This document shows, in pieces, positions 52,101-61,100 of a stretch of DNA of 64,000 nt (the stretch's first letter is position 1; the number at the start of each line of letters is the position of its first letter). This stretch comes from Phoronis australis (taxonomy: Eukaryota; Animalia; Phoronida). Under the pieces are notes generated by a model. That model saw only the letters and a list, made by a program, of their open reading frames with translations. It was not told where the DNA came from and did no database searches. Position numbers and translations under genes: made by a program. The stretch lies in NCBI GenBank assembly GCA_002633005.1, contig NMRA01000246.1, positions 487,856 to 551,855 of the forward strand, written 5' to 3'.

Positions 52101-55100
52101 TTCGAAAATGTTTATCGTTCAACGACGAAGTAATCAAGTTGACAGAACTTTCTCTACGTTTAATCCATCTTTTCCCCTGACCTTGAGGATCAATAATGAG
52201 AGGATAACGTGTTGCTTCCGTGACAATTATCGCGTTTTGTACGGAATGCTTGTCATCTGGAAGTCCCTGGGATGTCCATTCTACCACTTTGGACTTATCC
52301 ATTAGGCTGCCAGCGATGTTAAGTGCAGGTGTAAAAGGTATATGAAGCTGTTCCAATCGTTTCTCCCATTTGGATTGTAGGAGACGTCTAAATTCTTGGT
52401 TAAAGGGTCCAGCGTACGACAAAAAAGCAGAAACGATGACGGCATCCCCTGCAAGTTGCGATATGCTATCTCTACATTCTTTGCTTTGGTTGGTCCAGCG
52501 TCGCTTTTCTCCTCCTAGACCTTCTATAAGCTTTGTTGCAATATCCATTTTTCGCCGGCAATTTTCTGCGTCATTTATCAGCGATCTTTTCTCTTTAGCA
52601 GCGTCGTCATAAACTTGGCGAGCTTTTGCTAGTTTCATTTCCTGCACTTCCAAATGTTTTTGTGCTATTCCAAGCTCTGACGTCGCCTGTTTGAGCTTGT
52701 TTTCTTGTATAAATAAATTCGCTTTCATAGGTAACACCTCTTTGTTAATGCTATGATAAGTGATCATAGCTAAGCTCCACGATAGTAATCCAGCAACATC
52801 ACCGCACACTTTCTTGGCATTTTCATAAGTGTAATCTTCCATATCTGTATATGGCGCCATCAATTCAACAATCTCGTCGTTCATGCAATCCTTCGAAAAG
52901 TTAAGCAGAGTATTCATGAAGCCGACAGAAGACATAAATTTTAGAGATTCGTTCCATGACGGTTTTGGACAGGGTCTTTCTGGATCAGCCTCAGTTTTGT
53001 TCAATCGTTTTTGCAAAAGTAACAGAGCACAGTCCATTATCCTCATTATCAAATGCGGTGGTTTCTGAAGTTTTTTTACGGTGGCTACGTGTGCCGGTTT
53101 AATTGTCAAAAGAGCTGCCTCTGCAGCTTCTACGGCTGGTCTTGCAGCTTCCAGTTTTTCTTCTGCAGCAGCCTTTTCAACGCTGATGGCATCCACTATT
53201 GCTTGAGCTTTGTCTTTGACAATCTGTACTTCCTGTTTCACCTTTTCAGCAGCCTGTGCACTTGACGTTACCATCTTCAGAACTGCGTCTGCTTTTATGT
53301 TTGAAGCCGCTAATTCTTCTTCTTTTTCTACCAGCTCATGTGATAAGTTGTCCACTAATTCTGATGCTTCTGTTAACTTAAGTAGTCCTGTGTCCATTCT
53401 TTGTGCTCGATGAGCAATTTTTTCATGCTTGGCGCTGTAAACTATTTTGTAAGTTCTCAGAAATGCTAAAAATAGAGGAGGGGTAACGTGCGTCTGTCGC
53501 CGATACTTATCAAAGTAATCCCTTACTTCCTGTCTTATATCAACGTGAATATCCCCCATTAGTTCCACCAACTTCAGTTTGCATTGAGGAGTAGTGTCAA
53601 TCTCATAACTGTCTAGAGACTGAGCGCAAACAGACACTAACGCATCCCGTGGCCATTCATGGTACCAATCTATTGTGCAACCGGAAATTAACGATGGGAA
53701 TTTTAAAGCCCGTTTTCGTAACTTGTCACTGGTAGGGGAGAATGTAAGAACAACGTGGAGGTTATTTCTAGCTCTCTCTATAAAATACTTGTAAAGCTCT
53801 TCCGAAGAAAACGATTTCTTTTCTTTTTTAACAGTTTGTCCTAAATTGTCGAAAATCGTCTCCAACTCGTCCTTAGTGAATAACGTAGTTATTTCTCCTG
53901 ATCCCAGAATTGTGTTTAAAAGTTCCAGAAATGAATCGTCTTTAGCATCCTGCTCGGAAAATAAGAAAGTCATTCCTCGGCCTTTTATCCCCGCCGTTCT
54001 GTAGACATGCTTTATGTCATCTTTGAAATTGTTGAAGGTGTACGCTCGACTTACTGCGATTTGGAACGTTGGGTAGTCTGCTAAATATGAAGCTAGTTTA
54101 ACGATAGAGTGTTTACCACAACCACCGACACCTATCAAAAGAGCTGATCCACGTCTTATTCGAAGTATACGTGAAATTCTGACAATATGCCGAACACAGT
54201 CTTCAAAGAAGACCAGGTCGAGGTTTGCACCTCTCACATTTTCGTTGAACTGCGTAAGGCAGAACATTAATCGTCGGGAAATGGTTGGTATATCGCAATG
54301 CTCATACACTCTCCAGCTTTCGTATGGACTGTTTTCATCTTCGTCTTCTGGTGGATCTCTCAGAAAGTCAACAAAGTAAGTGTCTGTTTTAAAATGGCTT
54401 TCACAATGTTCACCCAAATATTTTTTAGCTATCGACAGTGCAGTCCTCTTGAACCACTTCCTGTCAAGCTCACTTGAAAATCTGTCCGCTAAAACTCTGG
54501 TGCATTCATGCTTCCATAGACCAATTAAAATATCAATTGAAGGACATTCATTTGGTCCAATTTGGACCATTCCTTCCCAAATTCGAGATATGTCACGCAG
54601 GTTAAAAATGTAATGAAAGTTCTTGGGCGTTGGCAACATTGATGCTTTTGTTTGCTGGACAATTTCTCGCGTCATGGGTACAAGTTGCTTCACGATGTCA
54701 CAAACGTTTTTGTTGAATCTGCGTTCTGTGAAGTACAGTCGGCTTATTACACTAAATATACGTTCAATTGATTTTTCGGACGGAAGGGCGCAGTTTATCA
54801 CCGTAAAGTGTCGTTTCAAGCGCTGAGGAATGTCATTGTGACCGCCACCGGGATGTATCATGGATGCCATGATTTGAATATCGACAATTGTTGTGAATTC
54901 TCCAGGTTTCTCAACGTTGTAAAACCCTTTATCCTCAATAACCTGTCTTAGCAGCTCGTTAGTTTCTTGATCACCCCATTCGTTAATGTTCGGCATATTG
55001 ATGTCATCAATGAACATGATCATTTTGCGACCTTCAGGTGGCCCGTACGTAGTACCAGCACGCTTTTCAATACTTCCTTCAAATATACGTTGCAGTACCA

Positions 55101-58100
55101 GAGGTGTTGTAGCCGATGAAAAGTTCACACCTTTACTGAAGTATGCACGAGAGTCCTTATATGACATATAGCTTCTAATCATTACCGTTTTTGCAGTGCC
55201 TGGTTCACCAATCAAAAGAACTGGTTTTTCCTGCTTAGCTATAGCATCGAGGAGAAAATTCGTTCTAACGTTGTCAATATTTGGAACAAGAATAGACGAA
55301 ACACCTGGAAGGCTATCTCCTGACCAACTAAGTTCGGTCACTTTTGACGACCAATGTTTCCACTTTCCGTCGCAATTCACAAAATACTCAAATATTGATT
55401 CACCTTCCTTAATCTGGGGCAAAGAAATAGATTCAGCCTTGTCTAAAAGAAATTGCTGCAGTCTTGCACGATCATCCGGCTCCAGCAACGCTCCGAGGCT
55501 CCACATCAAACTGAACACGGCTATATTTTCTAACATTATTGCTGATGTTATTGTTTGGTGCAGGTCGTCCTCTCTAGGCATGAGGCCTTGCAACAAGTTG
55601 CACGCTTGGATAATATAGTTACACTGGAGAATCTCCATTTTTGGCTTTAACGATTTAACAACGTAGTAATATGCTGACTCAAAAATACTGTCAAAGAATT
55701 GCAGAAGCACGTTATATTCTCTTTGGTGTCGGGTTTTTAACCATCCCTGGAGAATAGGTTTCCACTCTAATACTGAAGAGCTCATAAAAACCATTCCATT
55801 TCGTGACACCGTTGCTGGTGACGCATTGTCAATATTATGTACTTCAAATATAACTTTTGAATTGGGATCCATAGGAAGTCTGTCTCCATTTGCAAGAGTC
55901 AAAGTCTTATTGTCATCGAGAACTGAATTTAGGTTCTCAATCCAAACTGCGTCCACGGGACCATCTAAAGTAATCCACCAAGAGTGGTCTGCCTTTTTTA
56001 GCTTCAGACATCTTCGCCAAAGAGTTGAAAATATGCCATCAGTCCAATCATTGGACGCAACATCTAGTCGACCAAACATTTGAGACGCAGTTATCGATTT
56101 GGGATTCATTCGTATCTCTTTATGAGGAGTCCCCATGTCCGTAAGAGATTTTGTTAGACATGATATACAACACGATTTGCCAGCACCACTGGGTCCCAAC
56201 ACCATTATTCCATGCCGCACTAACGATGTCTCGTATAGCTGCAGTACTTTCATTCTCCAAGGTGGATGGTTGATGAGGTTTGACTCCTCGATGCGATTCT
56301 GGACAGAACTTTCTAAACTCGGGTACCGTTTACTATCCATTGGACTTCCGGGAAAAAGGTCCTCAATAAGTCGAAGAAACAAGGGTTCGTCATCGTCGAT
56401 GAGTTTCGAAAGGTTCATGTTCCGCAGCACTTGCATCACAATCATCTTTTCTGTTTCTTCCGGGTATGCCCTTTTCTGCGTCCCGAGAGTACGGAGAACG
56501 GAAAGCATGTTACGTAAACCAAAGTCATAGTGTACTTGAAGTGACAATTGTTCCTCACATAACTTATACAACGTAAAGAATTTCTGGGACAATATTTGGT
56601 TTTCCTGAAATCCACAGCTCGCCAGTTTGACACGGATAATAATTTGCCGATCTGGAACCATCATTGCTATAGTTCTAAACAACACTTTTAAGTTTTCGGG
56701 AAGTTCCTGTCTACCAGCGTATCCCGGGTTCATCGTTATAAACACACCAAACTGCGGATTCATGACTGTTGAACATCCATCTGTGAAGACAAATTCTGTT
56801 TTTGATTCACGCTTGGCCAGCATAATACAGTGAATTTGGCCTGCGGCTACGGACAGCACGGGCAAAAGTATTCGATTAAATTCATCAAAGCAGCCCCATG
56901 TACCAGACATGGCCAATCCTTTAAAAATCCGGCCCAGTCCTCTGAAGTCCATTTGATCTGAGCAATTAAAAACCACTACGTACATGCCAAGGGCTTTTCC
57001 CATGTCTTTCACTGTTTCAGTTTTACCGGTTCCAGCCGGGCCCGCTGGTGCGGCACCCATTGACATTTTGAGTGCTTGTGCAATTGTTATATAACACCTG
57101 TCTGTCAGGGGAGTGATGACAAGCCTATCACAGCAACCCAAGAACTCGTTTTGATAAACAAAGAAAACATCTGTTATGGCTATTAGACAATCGTCTGAAT
57201 CATCTTTAAAGTAGAATCGTATTTGTTTGAGCCATTCAAAATCAGTGACCGAGCGAACATTCAGTTTTACCAGGCTTTCGAAAATGTCTCGCTGATGAAC
57301 GTGAATTGTAATAACAGCCTCCAGCTTCTTCTGTTCAAATGAAGTAATGACCGTAGACGTTATCTTAACAATTGCGTTGAGGACGTTGTTGAATTTTTGA
57401 TTAGCCAGGCTCATGCTTTTCTTGTCCGTTTTGGATGAATGTATCGCATTCTCCGCATCCCGTGTCCAAATAAATTGAAGGCCAAGAATTCCTACTTGAC
57501 TGGGAAAGTCTTGCAAGAATAAGGGCAAGTCAAATCCTGCTTCATTGCTTATGTATTTGTGGGCGTTTTTAATAACGCGATGCAATGCTCTCTGTTGTTT
57601 GGTAAGCAGGTCGGCTAACCAAGCCTCTACGTTTCCTTTGGCTACAACGTTACCGCTTTGTAAGGTCAGCTCTTCGCCTTCTTGTGACACAACTGCTGTT
57701 ATATTGTCAGCTTCCTTATTGTGGAATATCACAAAAGCCACGTTAGTAAAGACACTACAAAGATGTTGCTGTATGTCCTTGGGATTGTTTCCGTGTCCCA
57801 GTATTTCTAGAAGAACTGAATCTGACACAAAAGAAAAACGAGGGAAGAGTGTCCTTTTAATCTCGAGATAACCAGCCAAGGACTTCTGACATATCTCCAG
57901 ATTTTCTCTCATATGTGGTAGATGCTCGTATAAAGTAGTGTCAAACACGCAGCAGTTAATAACAGTCTTCACTTGACGAGCTCGATGCATTAGTTTTACC
58001 CATGAGCTGTCGATAGCACTGAAACGCTTCGCTTCCTGGGGTAGTTTTTTAGCAATGTCTCCTCTAATAAAAATTGCCTCTAAGTACACCCAAAGGTTTT

Positions 58101-61100
58101 GTACGTGCATCCACTCGTCTAGGACATCCAAAGCCATTGAAAGATTTTGAATCCATGTCTGAATACTTTCCTTAAAAGGCAAATTGTATCGATTGTTTTT
58201 CAGAGAAGACAAAATAATTAGACTGTCTTCTAATTTAGCCATTACTTCCGATGTTTCATCTGTTTTCATAATAATCTCGCCTCTGTTTTTAAATGCTGCA
58301 AAAGACAAAGTTTGTGACGACCATTCGGCAATAACTAAGTTAAGTTTGATTGCAATGTCGTGTTCTTTTGTAGCGGAAATGCATGTGTCTTCAACGTGGT
58401 ATTTGTATTTGAGTATGTTTGATTCCATAATATCTTTCAGGCAAAACGTTTCTGACTCGAAATCGAACTTATTCCCGGTGATTGCAGAGAGTCTGTCCCA
58501 GTGCCTCTGTGACAATGAATTGTTTGCCATCAAGTCCAGGAGAGGACAAATCTCAGCACTGTCGTCAATTTGCTGCTTTAGTTCAACAAATGCTTGCCAG
58601 TGCTTGACGGCCTTCGGTAATTTTCGACATCTGTCCTGAAATTCAATTAACTGCTCTTTCATGGCCTCAGTGTTGACCTCTTTCCACATTACCGTATGGT
58701 AATTGGTGACTGTTCTCATTACGGTGTTGAAAAGACCATATAATTTTTGCTGCAGCTGCAGTTCTTTCCCTATTCGAGTCAGGGTTGGGTAGTCTGTGAC
58801 TTGCAAACCAAATAGCTCTTCACCAGTGGCGTTGGCTTCGTACCTTTGATATAACTCATCAAAGCGATGCTGGAAAACGTTTAGTCTGTCGCTGGCATCT
58901 TGGGGATCTATGGCCTCTGCCATCGGTCCCATTGTGGCATAATTTTCTTCATACTCGTCCACGCGTTTGGAAAAGTCCTCAACTGACTTAATCAATTGTT
59001 CTCTTAGAACCGGCTGTAACGTCACCAAAACGTTTTGCGCGTTATTTGCTTGATCTACAATTTTAGCCACGGCGTATCGCAAACCGTCTACTTTATGAAC
59101 CTCTTCATTACATATTTGAATATCGAAGTGGGTGACCATCGTGTAGGCGTCTTCGATCGGTCGTATCTTCAAATCAATGTCTGTTTGCCATCCACGCACT
59201 CGCTCAAGTGACTTCATGACTGTGCGTACATCATCAAGGTTTTGAACAGGTTTGCTAAGGATTTTCATTTGGTCATCTGCAAACTTAGTTATATCAGTTA
59301 CCAACGGTTGATACATGCTGTGCAACGCTTTCACGTACGCTAACTTCCACTGCTTTATTTCCGTTGTCAATGCATATTTGAGATTGTTGGTTTTCATACA
59401 GAACGGGCCAATTATGAATGTCGAGGGCATCTTGGAAATTTCTTCCCTAGTTTTATCTAGTTCTTGCAGTTTTTGCTCGAACTCATATTGAATAGGTTGT
59501 GATTTCATGAAGACTCGAATCTCTTCCGATTTTTCTCTTGTCAGTAAGTAGTTGTAGATCTCAAACGTCTTCAGGATTTTGTTTACTTTATCTCTATAGA
59601 TATTTACCGAGGATGATAATATCTGTAACAGTTTACCAATGTCTTTGTTTTCCACGACACCTTTATAGTAGTTCTTTGCGTTCCGTTGTTCCCAACTTGT
59701 TTGTCCTTCGTTTACAACGGTTGATTTAGACATACTGTCATCCGTTATGTCACCAGTTTTTGATGTTATCTGTGTCAGCTGCTTCCACATACCGACACCT
59801 TTAGTTGTTTCAATAATCGTCTTGGCAGCTTTCGATACGACCGCTTGAACTTCTTCGGCCGACGGTACCATGCTCACATGTGGGAGGTCTATGACAACGT
59901 CTGTCTCGAACACAGGTTTACACAATTGGGCGTAGTGATCATCTAACTGTCGCCCTGTAGCAGCAAATAATAGCCTTCTCCTGAAATATTCCAGTGAATT
60001 TTTAATGGCTTTCAGTATGACTTCGCCATTCTTCTGTTGAAGTGAATAGAAGAAGTCTATACCTTCTCGTCGTAAGACTGATTTGCTACCATCCAGTTCT
60101 GTGCTGCTTAACTTTATCAAGCAGTCTTCATTAGACTCGATCGACACGCCTGCCTTCTTCAGAAATATTCGGAGCAAGGTGTTTGCCGCATCTTCTACTT
60201 TTCTGCTTCTATTATCAAACGCCCTGCTGCACTTTTCTGTGTTTTTCTTTACTTGTTTAACAAACTCCTCAATTGTCCAGGGTTTGTCCTTGGGAAGTTC
60301 GCAAACCAAATATTCGGAGATGAAAGCGAAAGACTCATCAATGTATGTAGCTTTCAAATTTGACACAACTCTAACTAACTCTTTGAGATCTGTTAGATGA
60401 TAATCCGCCTGTAGAAAAAACACATCGAGATTGATTGAAGACCACGTGTAGTAGAACACACCGGACAGAATGATGTTCTCCACTTTTTCCACTGAATTTT
60501 TCATCAAACGCAACATTGAGCGAGGGATTTTGTCTACAGTGTCGCTGTATGTTTTCAGTATTAACTCCAGTTTGTGAACATATGTTTTATACTTGTTGCG
60601 GTTATAATGAAGTACCTTTGCTACCTCCGGCAACTCAAGTCCCATCTTGAGCATGACGTCACTTTCACGCATCGTTTCGTGCAACGACGGGTCAAAATTT
60701 ACAAATAGATCACCCGTGTCGACGTTTCGTACTAAAATATGGGCGTTCAGGGCGTCTTCGATGTTTTCCAAGGAATTGGCCCAAGCTAAGTGGTACAACA
60801 CTTCATACTCGAGCAAAGCAGATGCTGTTTTGTTGAACTGCTTGACGACTCGTTTACCCAAACTTGATTTTATTAGAGACTCCATTTCTGCAAAAATATT
60901 CATTGGTTCTCTTATTTTCAGGTAAAGTTTTCTAGCCCATGTAATTCGTCCCGCAATGGGAGGCATGTCTCGTAGTGTAGGCACCGCGTCTTTAAATTTC
61001 TCGTAGCGCTGTGATATATCATTCACTTCACGTGCGTATTGTTGGAAGCAATTGACGTATTTTTCTTCAAACTCTATACTAGGGATGTTGAGGCGCCTGA

